DNA of 64,000 nt from Amoebophrya sp. A120 (Eukaryota > Protista > Dinoflagellata): assembly GCA_905178155.1 (NCBI GenBank), contig CAJINV010000014.1, positions 2,137,570 through 2,201,569 on the forward strand, in the 5' to 3' direction. The notes under the pieces were generated by a model. That model saw only the letters and a list, made by a program, of their open reading frames with translations, was not told the origin of the DNA and searched no databases. This document shows, piece after piece, positions 46,206 to 60,100 of this stretch; the first letter of the stretch is position 1, and each line of letters opens with the position of its first letter. A program made the position numbers and the translations under genes.

Positions 46206-48120
46206 ATTCGCGAGTGTCCTCTGAGGTTCTTCAGCCGGGTTCACTTTGATGAAGAAGCATGTAGGCCTTGCGCAGGTATTTTAGTTTTGCACTGAGTAGC
46301 GATCTTCGTGCTCGCCGGGTCGCAAAGTCGCTTGTCGTCGCTTTTTTTCTTTAGGTCGTTTATTAGCCAGCTTGTTTCAAAAAAAAAACAAGCGCTCTCA
46401 AAGCTCGTGCTAGAGAATCTGCGACATGTCTGCTCTTCTTCCGGTTGTACCTAGCCGCGCACAACGCCTACGATTGCCGTTCTTGCGCTGCAGGACTTGT
46501 AGCACCTTCGGACCGGCGCGTAGAAGATATCATGGGCCCTGGTTTTGCGAATCAGGGTCCCGGCGGCCGGCGCTGCTACTCCAAGCCACGAATCATGTGC
46601 ACGAATACATTATTGCGTTTGCAACAAACTAGCAGGTAGTCACTTGTGTTGTTGTAAGATGTAAGTATTGAAACTGAAAATCAAATGTTCGATTAATTGA
46701 TGTCGCGAGAAAATGCTCAACACTTATTTGCAAATCATACACAAATGCCTACGACCGTGAAACCAAAAATGTCGTATACACCCTGTGTGCATGTCGAATG
46801 CGATGAATGAGCTTTGATTCAATTTGCTCAACATCTACCACCACTTGTTTAGCGTCAGAACTCCTTCATGGAAATGCATCGAACGATCTGGGCTGACAGC
46901 GGCCAAAACAAAAAGAACTCCACTACATCAACTACATCAGATTCATAGTCTTTTTTTACTATGAGAATGAGGTGGATCCTGCTGGCTTGACAGATCTTCT
47001 TCGTGGCTCAATCTGCCGCTAAATAAGTTGATCCTTCGCGTTGTGCACGACTTTCTTCGTACATGTCAAGACCTTGTAGTCTCCAATGCTCGTCGCATCG
47101 AACCTCGAAGATAAGATCGTTACTAGCAATGCGCAAGAAGATCGTAGAAAAATCCTTGTTTGGAGCGAAGATCTCAAAAGCCAGCAACTTGGAGCGAGAA
47201 GCGATTCGCTCGTCGCATATTAGATGTCATCACAGTTGCACAGAAAGCAACAGACGCCGCTACAACAGATGGATCTTTTGTTTTTAGTCGTGGTTTTTTG
47301 ATGTGATTCTTTCACGTGTGTCCCGTGTTTAGACTTTGATGCTTCTCGTGCAGGTCATCTTCACAACATGCACACTGGTCGCCATCACAGAACGTTCGAT
47401 CGCTGGGACTACATTTTGCAGCCATGCCCTTGATGCTCGTGTCGTTTGAGCATTTCCATTTGTTGTTCGCATTGTTACGCGGAAGCGGAACTTAAAACTA
47501 CAAGTCATACATTTATCGTCTGTCATTTCGCTTCATTTGATTGCTGTTGTCCTGTTCATCAGTTACTTAGCATCGTACAAAAATTTGAACTGCCATGAGG
47601 CGAAAAGGCGCACCAATGCTGGCGCTCCAAACATTTTGAGTCTTTTTCTTTTCCTTCTGTTTTTGAGCTTGCAGTTTAAAGTTATTTTCATTGTCATCAG
47701 GGATACACTTGTTTCATCAATTTGATAAATCAAGGTCTAAGTACTTCGGGAAAGCGAAACTGGAGCTTCTGAAAATGGGAATCACAATTAGTAAACAGTT
47801 GTTGCACTTCTACGATGAAACTTCTTCTATGATGAAACTATTCTGAGAAGTTCCTGCTGAATAATTCAGCCTGAATGTTGTCAGTTCTGAAAACTGGTGC
47901 CTCTTCCAGTGAAGATAAAACATAAACAAAGTCGTACAGCGCTTTTGTTGAAAGAATCAATGCATTGAGGAACTGTTGCTGTTGTAGAGTTGCCTTACAA
48001 TCAACCATGAATGATGAACAAGATCAAGATATAGTTCGTTTTGCTCTCTATACTATTCCCGCGGAATAAAGTCTGCTCATCATTCCGCTAGGTCGTTGAC
48101 ATAAAAAACTAAAACTGCGG

Positions 48121-51100
48121 TCACCTGATTTTCCTCGTAGACCTCTGCAACGCGGCCCCGGCCGGCATTTTGGAGCCGCTACTTCCCGGCGTGTTGCCCG
48201 TTGTTGGATACAGCTTTTTGATGCGCTGTGGCGTTGAAGACATCTGCTGCTTCGTTGCACCTGACGCGGTAATATTGTCACCACTTCCAGCCGGCCTGTC
48301 AGGCGAAGCAGCTCCAGCAAGAACCGCACCAGCAGGAGCAGATCCTGTGCTAGCAGTACCTGGACCTCCTCCAGGTCCTTTGAAAGAAGCCGCCGACTGC
48401 CCGACCTGTAGGTAATCCTCCCCCTCCACAACGGTTTCGCTGTCCACCTTCTTTTGCATGGTTTCCTGTCGAAGGTGTTCAATCAACGTCGCCACGCCGG
48501 AGCTCAGCCCCCGCGTAAACTTACTGGTGGGGATTGTACTGGCGTTTTTGTGGTTCGCGGGCATGGAGGTCAAAGTCGTGGTGCTCATAGCGCCCGCTCC
48601 GATGTTTGCGCCGACTGGAAGATCTGAGTTGTGTTCTGGTGCAGGATCTGCTCCTTCGTAGTTGTTGTCACTCGCACTGTTCACATTGGAGTTTGCCTGC
48701 ATTAAACTACTACGATTCGCGGCCTGCTGCTGCTGGTTATACGCGATTTGCGCTTTCCGGATCATGCTGTCCTGTTTCAAACTGTACCCCACCCGGTCCT
48801 CTTGCGTGCACTTCCGGTTATCGATTTCCTTCAACCGGTATCCAGGAAAAAACACGCATCCACATCCAATTTGTCATGCTTAACAGACTGCGCATCCAAT
48901 TTGTCATGCAAAACACGCATAAAGTAAAAGTGCTGTGCTTGTCATGCAAAAAACGGATGTGGATGGGTTCTTTTCTGTAGATAACCGGTTCCCCAACTTC
49001 TGACACAGCGTGAAGCGGTAAAAAGGCTTCCGCGCGATCGGGTTCCGGGCCAGGGATATTTTCTCGACTTTGGATCTCTTGTGGTTCGTAGTGGGGTTGT
49101 TTAGACTAGTATTACTCCTTGTCCCGATTATGTGGTCAGAGATGGAGACTGAATTATCAGCACTACTAGTACTGTTATTCATTTCGCCGTCGTCCTCTTT
49201 CTCCAACACCATGGTCCCGATCGTCTCCAGCGCCGTGACCCTGTTGAAATCCAAGCGCAAAACTGTCAAATTCGGCACCAAAGCAAAACAATCTAAACTC
49301 GTCACCCGATTGTGCGCCATGTGGATCTCCGTCAATTTCGATTGCTTTTTGTGCAGATTGGACGACCCAGCCACATTGCAATTCGAGCCGATGAAGAAAC
49401 TCCAACGGTCCGTGAATCTGATTCGGTTTCGGTTCAGCACGAGCGCGCGCAGTTCCGTTAAATGCCGGAACGGGGCCCGGTTATTCGTCAGGATCTTGTT
49501 ATTTTCAGAAGATGACAAGGCTCCTCCTCCCAACTTGCCGCTGGTGTTCCAGTTCGAACTTGTAACCGTTTTCTCCTCCCGCGGTGCCGCGTGGTTCCAT
49601 CGGCTCGGAGCCAAAGCAGTCAGCAGATTGTTCGCGAGAACTAAGACTCGCAACTGCGGGAACGGGTGCTGCTTTGAAGTTGTACTGTTGGAAGTAGACG
49701 AAGAGAAACCACTACTTCTGCTCCTGTTTGTCAACTGCAGCAAGGGCGTCAGCGTCCGGAGTCCGTTGTAGCTCAGTTCTAAGTGCTGCAACTTCGGGAG
49801 TCGGTAAACTTGGATGTGTTTCAAGTTGGAGGCGGTGCCATTGCTGCTGAACGGAGTAGTGGTGGACTGCTGGTGATAGTTGTACGCGCCTCCTGTCTCG
49901 CTATGGATTTGATGTGCTACACCCGCTGAAGATGAAGCTTGTTGATGCCCCGAAATAGATGTTTCCACCACCATCTTCCACCTGGCTAAATCCAGTAAGC
50001 CAATCCGGTTCATTTTCAGGGTTTTCAACTTCGACAAGGGTCCAATCACCCCTGTCTGGATGTAGTTGTTATCCAGCTGCAGAATCTTCAGCTCCGGAAA
50101 AAATCCATCGGACAAAATCCCGTGATTCAAATTCCACAGTTTTGAACTGGTCAGATCCAGAGAGACTAGATTCTGGAACGCAAGGCTCACGCTGTTTTGC
50201 TCGGAGATGAAGCCGGTGAGAGGAGGAGGTGCAGCTGATGTGGTCGTTGCAGAAGAAGTGCCGACATTACCACTGTTGTGCGCGGAAGACGATGCTGTTG
50301 AAAACCCAAGAACAGAACTCGCTAGAAGATCGGGGGTGAGAGTGCCCTTGAAAAATTTCCACGCCTGGCGCACTTCGTCGTCGGAAATGGGGAGGCCGTC
50401 GAGGTACTGCAGATTTTGGTGCAGGAGAAAAATCGCGTAAAGCCGATAGTCGAAGTGGAAATGGGTGAACAAATTTTGCTGAGTTATTGCGTAATTTGAT
50501 GCTTTGGAACTCGCTTCGTTGCTCTCCTCATCTGCGCACCATTGATCGTCTGGTGCACCACCATCCATCTCGCCTCCATCTACTGCACCTGAATCCTTCC
50601 CTGTGCTAGTCCCAGCACCCGAGTGCAGTTTCGGCCTCGTTCGTTTACTGGTGGCAAACATCAACCTACTGCTCCCATACTCGTACTCCCGGCCGATCTT
50701 CGAGACAATGTCGCACCTTCTGATCGGCTTCTCCGTTGCTTTGCGCGTCTTGATCTCCAAGATTTTCTCGTTTTTCTCTTTCTCGATCCGTTTCCGCCGT
50801 TCCTCTTTTCTTTGCTGCCTTGCGGCGGAGGAGTTTTTGTTTGTCACATCGCAGTCGTCCTCGATGAAACACGTCGCGGTGGAGTCGTCGTTGTCGGAAT
50901 TCTCATCCTGATAATCGACGTAGTTATTTTCACCCTGTCGTCCTGCGTCTTGTTGTTCACCTGTCGTGCCTTCTTGCAGCTGGTCTGCTCTAGCAATCGG
51001 ATTTCCGTCCTCGTCTACACGTAAAGCGGCTTCTTGGTCACCACCGGCATCTTGCTCATCATCCTGCGGTTCAGGAGCTTCGTCCTCGTAGAGAAGCCCG

Positions 51101-54100
51101 TCTTCCGACTCTTCTTCGTCCTCTGATCCGAGGTGTTCCAATGAATTCGGAACCAGATCTCTGTCCGCTTGACCTACTTCGGGAGAAGCCGCAGCAACCG
51201 CTTGGAGAAGTGCTGCCTCGTCACCTTTGTCTACGATCGACGCAGATTTCGCTTCTATTGGTGTCCACAGATGATGAGCAGGTTTGGTTGATTGTTCCTT
51301 TGTTTGCTCGAAGTCTTCCACCTCTTCGTCGTCGTTCTGCAGTGCAGACTTCGTCTTTCCCGGAGGAGACACCTTGCCACCTCTTCTAGCACGACCGCTT
51401 TCATCCCACTGCACCAACTCCTCGACTGTTCTGGCGCCCTGGAAAAGCTGATGCTGCATTATACCACCATTAGTGCTTCCTCTTCCAACAACACTACAGT
51501 TGCACAGCGGGTTCCCACGCAGCTCTACGATGGCGAGTCTCGGGAAATTCAAACTGAGCAGGTACAAGTCCCGGAAATCATGGAGCGCGTTGTCCCCGAG
51601 GTAGAGGCCAAGGAGCTTTTGCATAGGAAGCTGTAGTTGATAGGGTGTTGATGTTGTGACAGGTGGAACAGTAGATGCTGCTACATGACAACTGCTTGAT
51701 GTTGACGAGCCGCACGTAGAGGAAGTTTTCATCCAATTTAAGTCGCTGATCCCGTTCCCACTGAGACACAGAATTTCTAGGTTTTCCGAACAGCATCTCG
51801 TGATCCAATGCAACTCGCCCGAGGAGCTCGTGAGCGAGTTCATACTCGCGTCGAGCCGTTTTAAGCCAGTGAAATGCTGGATTCCGGACAGAGACTGCAA
51901 CTGATTTTTACTCACATTCAACGTCTCTAACCTTCTGCAACAGGAGAAAGTGCTGGTCGAACAACTCGAAGCGGGTAAACCGGAACCGCCAGGAGCAGAA
52001 CAAGTGCCGCCGCCGGCTCTGCTAGTACAACTATCCGAAGCCGCTGCAAAGAGCGGCAGCAATTGGTGTTCGATGGAGGTGAGATTTAGCCCGGTCGCGA
52101 TCAGGTGTGTCAAATTGTGGAAAACATACCGCGAATTCGTCGGATAGTGTTGTGGCGCTTGTGATGCTGCTGTTATATTACCTGTCTTCGCTATCCATTT
52201 CTTCAGCCAGTCTCGCAACCCCGCATCTTCGTCGGCGAGCATCGCGTCGTCTTCTTCGTCGTCTGATGATCTCAATGGTAGGATATCCTTCTGCAACCCC
52301 GCCTTCTGCAGAATGTCGACGCTGACGTTGCTTGTCATAATCTTGCTGGTCTTGTTGTAGTTCCTGCTATTTGATGATGTCCTGTTGCTCCTTGCAGGAG
52401 CTATTGATGCGCTCGAGCAGCCTACAGTCGAAGATGCCCCCTGTGCGGCCGCCCAGAGTGCCGGGCCGAGCACTCCGTCGTCCGCAGTTTTACCTGCAAG
52501 ACCTGGCCCGGCACCAGTACTATTTCCTGCTGGCAATAGAAGGTCGGAAAGATTCAGAGTCTTCGTCAATGCGTCACGGTGAACAGGAGCATGATCTTCT
52601 TCCTCATCATCGTCTTCAGCCCAGGTCTGGACTTGTAGATATCCATTCGTACCGGTTGCACCACCAGCGGCTCCTGCGAGCGCTGTCGAAGAGGCAACTT
52701 TTTCCGGACTCATCATCCTTCTTCTTCTCGCCGGACTGCCACCGGTGGTGGAGAGGATTGATTTGACTGGTATATTACCGCTGGCACTGTCCTCCTTCAA
52801 GGGCGAAAGCTGCGGCCGCCTTGTTGGTGGGCTCAAGGGACTTGTGGAGGGATTGTTATTCCCTAGCATTCCATTTGTGCTTCTTGAGTCCTTTCCCTGT
52901 GCACCACGACCAGCTGCAACCGTGGTGGAAGGGTAATGCCTGGGGAGAAGACCGGAAGCCGCTAACTGCAGCCGGAAAAAACTGTCAGCGTCTACTACGG
53001 ATGCGCACTGATGATCTCCGTCAGCATCGTCGTCTTGTTGACAGAGAAGTGCCTCGCCTCCATTAACGATCTGCAAATCCGGACACATTTTCGTCGCCCC
53101 TCGCAGTAGGTGCGCAAGAAAATGCGTTGTGGTAGCAGTTCCAGTTCCGCTCGAGCTGCTTGCTATGCTTGCTGCGATTTCCCCTCCGCCCGAAGAAGAC
53201 AACAACTCTCTACCCTCTTCTCCTAGCGGTTCATCAATTTGGAGCGCTTTTAGTGACGATGGGAAAAGTTGCGCAGAAGTGCCAGCAGACGATGTCACCG
53301 AAGATGGTGAAGGTGCCCGAGCAAGCACATACCCGAGAACGTCTACAGTTGTGAGCAAAGGATTACCGCTCAAATCCAGCTCCGTGCATTGCGGAAAGAG
53401 GTGCGCAAATGTGCTGCTTTCTTGAGGACCTTCTTCGCCTCCTGAAGCAAGATGGCAAGGACTTTCGTCAAAAAGCCGTAGGTGATTGTACGACAGGTCG
53501 ATGAACAAGGTTCGTTCTCTATGATGTGCGACACCGGGAAAGTTGGTGTTGGTCATTTTCCCCGTTACTAGTTCCTTTCCATCACCGCTGGCAATTGCGG
53601 CCGTATTCTGCTCTGTTTGGCCACTCGTTGGGACCACAATCCCCTTGTTTGAAGATGATGTCACCAGCGACGATGGGGAAGAAGCACCTCCGTTCACGCG
53701 AGATGAAATATGAACCGGCTGTGCTCCTGCATGATCAACGACCTGGCACAAGTCGTCCAATTTTTCGAACTTGTTCCAGGCGAGAATCAGACACTTCAAA
53801 TTCTTGAAGTTCCGCAAACAGTCCGGCGCGAGCTTCCGCAGGTTGCAGCCCCAGAGGTTCAAATACTCGATGCTCGCAATGACCGGGGTCTTGATCTGTT
53901 GGTGTAGCAGTTGGATCCTCTGGTGCTCTCTGACCACCGCACGCTCGAGCAAATCTCTCTTGGTTCTGTTTTTATTTCTCGACGGAGAAGTAGAGGCCCT
54001 GTTCTTGCCTTTGTTTATTTCGTCCTCATTTTCCTCCTCATCTGTTCTATTTCGTTGAATCATGGAATCGAGGGAAAGCAGGTCGGCTGCACTGGAGATT

Positions 54101-57100
54101 ACACTGCGCGTGGCCAGGAAGGACGCTGACGCGTAACTCCGGGGAACGAACATGTCGAGCTCAAGATGGCCGGGAACTCCACCTGAAAAGGAGAAGTCTG
54201 TAGTCCTTTTCCCCGCATTTTTAAGCCGAGAGGCAAGCAGGAGTTCTGGTGCGGTAGATTTTGCAGATAATTCATCATCCACACCATGGGTCATGAACGG
54301 GAAACCATCTTCGCGACTTTGTCCTCCACTTAGCGCCATCATCGCTCCAGAAGCCGTTCCGCCCACCTCGTCGGCGTAGGATGCAGCACCTGCGCTAGTG
54401 CTGCTGTTGTGCTCAGACATAAGTGGGCGGATCACAAGTTTTCGAAGCTGTTCCTGCAAGTCATGGATTGTTGTTTCCAGAATTTCTTTCTTCTGCGATT
54501 TGTATTCTGACGCGGTCGACGCCGTCCTGCTCGTTGATGTGTTGCGCCAGCACATCGTCGGCGACGTAGCCAAGTACGCAAACTCACGCAAACACGACCA
54601 AAACGGCCCGAAGTCGCGCAAAATCAGGGCACTGTCTGTTGTTTTGCTCGAGAGTAAAGTCGTGACCGCTTTATTGGTACTACTGCGGAGTTACTGAGTG
54701 GAAAATTTCACAAATACAAATATCTGCAAAAATTGGTCCTTAGAGGCTTCAGGGCTGCTGGGAGGGGGTCCAGGGTCTGCGAAACGCAACGCCGGTGAGT
54801 CGAACAGCAGCACAGCAACAGCGCGCGGCGTTCTTCTGTCCGGCAAGGTCCGGAGGGTTTGGCGTCGCTGGAAGCCATACCGGACGACCACGAGCATGCA
54901 TATACTTCAACAACAAAATCAGAAGGCTGCTGCCTTTCCTTTTCGTCGAGTCCGCCGATGCGGTTTGTCGTTTAGCTCGTGATTGGAGCAAAAAAACGCT
55001 ATTCCCACTCGGAAACTTTCCACAAATGAACAGACCCGACCCCTCCGGAGACCCCAAGATCTGGGGCCCTTCGGAACAGCCAAATTCCCAATTCCCGCTT
55101 GGAAACTTTCCACAAATGAAAAGGCAGGGGGGTCCGGCGACCCCTGCCGGAGAAGTCGCCCGCGAGCATTTTTCTGCGTCATTTTGATGCGATTTTCGCC
55201 TTTCGGCGATTCGCCGCGGCCTATTACTGCCTCCGCATGCGCCGCATGGCGCCGGAATTCCGGGCACCCTGGCGCGGCCCCAAGAGCCCTAGTGCCGCCC
55301 TGCTAGGCGGCCCGCGCTGGTGCGACTTTGGTCGGGTTAAATGGCGACCGCCTGAGATGAATGCTCTGGCGCCCCTCCCAAGGATGCCCGACAGGGCCTG
55401 AATTGCTGAAAAGCATAACACTGAGCGCCTGCTTCTCTGCAGTTTTGTCCTTTAAGCATCAATTTTTGCAGATATTTGTATTTGTGAAATTTTCCCCTTA
55501 GTAGGAGTTGCACACCTGCTGCGGAGGAGGTCGCCACTTTGCAGCTACCATCGCCATTCATCAGATTGCTCCTGTTGGCCGAACTATCCAGGAAAAAAAC
55601 TGTGTGAGTGTAACTGTGTAGGAAGAGCAGCATCACAAATTCGCTTTGCATTACAGGGAAAACCTGTCATGCGCAGCTAGTACGTGGAAATACGTATGGA
55701 ATTAGCCTATGACGCAGATCTAGCATGACAAGTGTAACAGTTTTGCACTTTCTGCATCACAGATTTACACTCACATAGTTTTTTTCTTGCATACGAACGT
55801 GGTCGCTTCTTCGCCGCGGATCTCGGCCGGTTCGCGGCCGACTGCGGACGACTTGACGAGGAGGTTTTCGTGGGCGACGAGGGTAAAGTGGTATCAGTGG
55901 AACCTCCAAACTCGTCGTAGTCTATGCCTCGCCACCGCTTCTCGATTTCCCGAATGACGAAATCAGACGAGGAAGAACCTACAGGTACAGAAACGAATGA
56001 TGTTGAGCCAGGACGAAGCTGAGCTTTATTTTCCTCGTCGTACTCCACGTCGCTGGCCGCGTGAGGAATTTCTCTTCGCAGCCTGGTGGAGGATGTTGAG
56101 GTTCTTGACGCACCAGATGCATCAATATCGCTGCTCCTTTTACTGGTACAATTCAAATTATCAGCTTCGTTGACAAACTTCCCCAGGTTGCACTCTACCT
56201 TTTTCTCGATTTCATTGTACACAAACTCCACCTCGACGAGAAAAGCCGGCGTGCACCTGCTCGGGTCCCGAATTCGCCAGATTTTTTGCCTTCCGTCCGT
56301 GTCGAGGGACCGGTAACGGCCAGAAACGGAGTCATACCCTGGGGATTCGAGGAACTCGGCTAGGGGTTTGGAATCGCCAAAAGCGGAAAAAAGGTGCTTC
56401 CGTGCTGTCAACATGCTGGACCCGCTAGACGATGCAGCTCCTCGCCGATGTTGGTCCGCGTCCAACGTAAACGTATTCAACGTCTTTGCCGCCCATTCTA
56501 CCGCCATGGCTTGCTTCCTGCGGTTCGCGGGACTGTTGGTCGGCGAGGCAGACAGGGAAAGGTTTTCTGTCTCGTCTTGTTTCTGGTTCTTTTCCGAAGT
56601 TGTCACTTTGTCCTTATTTTCCGCAACTACATCGCCAAAAGGCGACGTCATCGGCTGAAAAAACCCTGCTCCCGCACGGCGCCTAGCTGGGGATGAGGTT
56701 GGCGATCTGATAGAAGTTGAAGTAGAACCCGCTTTCCAGCTTGGGGACTTCTGATTTGCGCCGCCGTGTTTCATCTCCTCGTCGAAGAACATTCCACTAC
56801 TACTGTCCTTATTCATCAGCACAAACGCGTTCTGCGCCTGCGTTGCGTGTCCGCTGTTTGCCCGCAAGAGGCTTTCCATGTGGAATTTCTCGTTTTGGCT
56901 CTCTTTCAAATTAACGTTGCTGTTCCGGGGTTTCTTCAGCAAGCCAAATTTGGACACAAACAGCTGCTCCTCATTCATCGCGGGAAACAGGTAGTGGTGC
57001 CGGCTGAAGAGGGCCGACGGGCGATGGGGGTTGTCTCTTCTTGGGCCAGGATTCGTTTGTGACGATGTTGCTCCGGTTGAAGACGAATTGCTAGTACTGT

Positions 57101-60100
57101 GGTTGTAGAACGGATCTGCGACATCCGGTAAATCCGACTCGTGCAGTGAAAACGTTTCACAAATGATCAATTCTGCACCGCCGAGGTAGCGCTTGCTGGC
57201 GTTTGTTGCTTTGGTCGAGCCAGGCCGGCCTGTTGTTCCACCTCTCGTCGATGAGAGAGAAGTAGAATCCGACCCTGCTGACGCTCTTGACGTTGACGCT
57301 GTAGTACTGCTATCTCCACAGAACTCTTCGATCTTCTGACAGAGTTCAGAATCGTAAAAATCGTCGAGAATCGGCTGCAGCGCCACCTTCACACTGTTTG
57401 TCAAAAAAACGCAGAAGTCCGAGGCGTAAGGCGACCACTCCGTGGAATTCAACAGTGCAGTTGTCGCTTTCAGTGCTTGCTGCGAATTCGCCTTGTGCTG
57501 CTGAAAATCCAAATCTCTCGGGATCTTTCCCGCTGCAGTAGCTGCTGCACCGTCGACGTATTCTTTGCTCATTTGGAAGTCAGTTCTACCGCCAGGATAG
57601 TGTCCGTTTTCATCGCCGTCCATTGACCCTGCTCCGTAGTTCAGTTGGTAGAACAGATCCTCTGCCTCATCTGGCGCGAACAACTCGCCATTCGCGTCTT
57701 TCACGGCTTCGTGCAGCTGTTTCGTCACGTTCTGCGTCCACTCGTTGATCAATTCATTGCGTTTTTTCAGTTCCAGTTTCTTCTTTTCCGCGTGAGACGG
57801 TGTCGGGGGCGGCTTGTACTGCTTCAGCTTCGACTTCAGGATGGAATTCGGATCGCTTTGCTTGCGATTCGTCGGCGACCGGGCGACGTACACCTTTTTG
57901 GCATCAATCTGGAAAATGGAAGGTTCCTCGGTGGAATTGTCGTCTTTTGTTCTCTTCTTACTCGCGCTGTTGCTCAGAAGCCGCTGCATTTGGGACTCCA
58001 CTTTCGTCTTTTTCTGCTGTTCTGTCTGTCTACTAGGATCACTGGTTCCATTATGATTTTCCTCGCCGTCGTGGTCTTCGCACTCGGTGTCTTGGCCCCA
58101 ATTTTCGGAAAAAGACCCGGTTGCAGAGGACGAACCGCTGAAATCATGGCTGGGATCGGGGAAGTGGTTTGTCACTCCGTCGGAGCCAGAATTTGGGTAG
58201 ACACCAGTACTAGAAATTTGTCCATCAACATTTTCCACATGATCTCCCCCGTTTTTCATCCTATTTCCGTGCGAAGAGACCGAAAACCGGCTTCTGTTGT
58301 TCATTCCGTACATTTCGCTACCAAATGCCGCACTCAGTCTTTTCAACCTGATTTCCTCGTTTTGTAGCAACTGCCGCCTCTGTTTCAAAATCCCAGTGGT
58401 ATCAGCCTCCTGCCAATTCGCCACAAGTTCGTGATTGGTGATTGCCGGGTCCAGGACAAAGTCCTTCTTGTCGTGCACGGCTGCACCTGATGTTGACAGT
58501 GACACGGCGCCAATTGTACTACTTCCCCCGCCACCTTCGCCATCCAAAAGAGGCCTCCTCACCTTCTCGTTTCGAACCAGAAACAGGTACCTCGGCGCGT
58601 ACCTCCCACTGCTACTCGTATCAAATGTAAAAGTGTCTGGGTCTGGAAACTTGTGATGCTGGATGGCGTCTCATGATGAGGCCACAAGTGCTGGCTCAGC
58701 ATGACAAGTTTCTGAGCTTCTAGGTGTTGTCTACTCTGCATGACAAACTGCCTTTCTGCATCACAGAAAAATGGAGCTCTTGGGTTTTGTGCATGACAGA
58801 TTTAAGAGTCATGCCAGACAAGCATGACAAACATGCAGTCTTCCAGATCCAGACCCAGACACTTTTACATTTCATAACTCGTTTCCGCAGACGAATTCAG
58901 CATTTCCTGCTGGATTTGCGCCGCCAACTCCACGCCCCAGTTGCTGCCCTTGCGACTCATGGCAAAGCCGTCGAAGTTGAAGACTTTCGTCTGCATGCCG
59001 AAAGCCCCATTGGAAGTCATCGGCCGTGCGTCGAAAGAGCCGTTGGGAATGGTACTGGCTCCTGCGTGAAGTAGATTTGATGCGGCGGCTGCAGGCACCA
59101 TCGAGGTGGACGAAGAACTCCCGCCGGCGGCATTGTTCGAAGTAGATCCGCCAAACAGCAAGTGGTCATTGGTGTGCACTTTTGTCACCCGGGACACCTT
59201 CACGTTGAAATCTGGCTCATGATGATGTTGGGGTGCTCCAACTGCTGCTGCTCCAACCGAGGTGATGTCGGTAACAGCAGCAGGTGCTGCTGCAGCAGCA
59301 GCTCCAGGCGCGCTTATTTTGAAGGGAGACTTGTAGTTTGCGCCTGCTGTAATTGATGCAGGTGTTGTGATCTTCCCGGCATGATCATCAGCACCGCCGG
59401 AAGTAGCAGATGTTGAAGCGAGCGACGCCGCATTGATCATGGGACCGCTCTGGAAGTTCTGCCAACTTATCTCAACCAAGTGCTCCACCATCTGCTCCCA
59501 CGGATGCTGTTTCTTACTGCCAGGACCGCTGAAAGAGGAACTGGACGAGCTTCCTCCCGCGGAAGAGCTGCTCATCGCAGAGGCGGACGAGTTGCTCGTC
59601 GAGATGGCTACTAGGCCAGAGTTACAAGAACTCGCGTAAGATCCCCCATCCTGATCCTGTCCAGACTCATCCGCTCCAGAGTCGTAACTGATCTGATGCT
59701 GCTGCTGATCTCCGGCACTGTAGCTATCGCCTGAAGACGAACCGCTATAACTCCGATCCGAGAACGACGAACCCCCACCAGTGGCGCCACTGTGACCTCC
59801 GGTGCTAGAAGAGGAGCAGCTGCTAGTTGACGAGTTTTCCTCTTCCCTTAACGGCAATTGGAAATGGATGTTCCCACCCAGTGCTAGTTCCGTTTTCAAG
59901 GAATTTTCCAATTCCAGCCGGAGGCGCAGAAGCTTCTGCTTGAAGTTTTTCTCGAAGAAATCCCGCTTCCACGCGGGAAGAATTTGGAATTTCAGCTGCT
60001 GGTACAGAAAGAAGATCTTTTTCGAGAGAATCGTGATCGGTTTCTCCTTTTTCAGCGGCTTTATGTGGTCCTCATGTCCTCCTGCTCCGTCGAACGCTGC

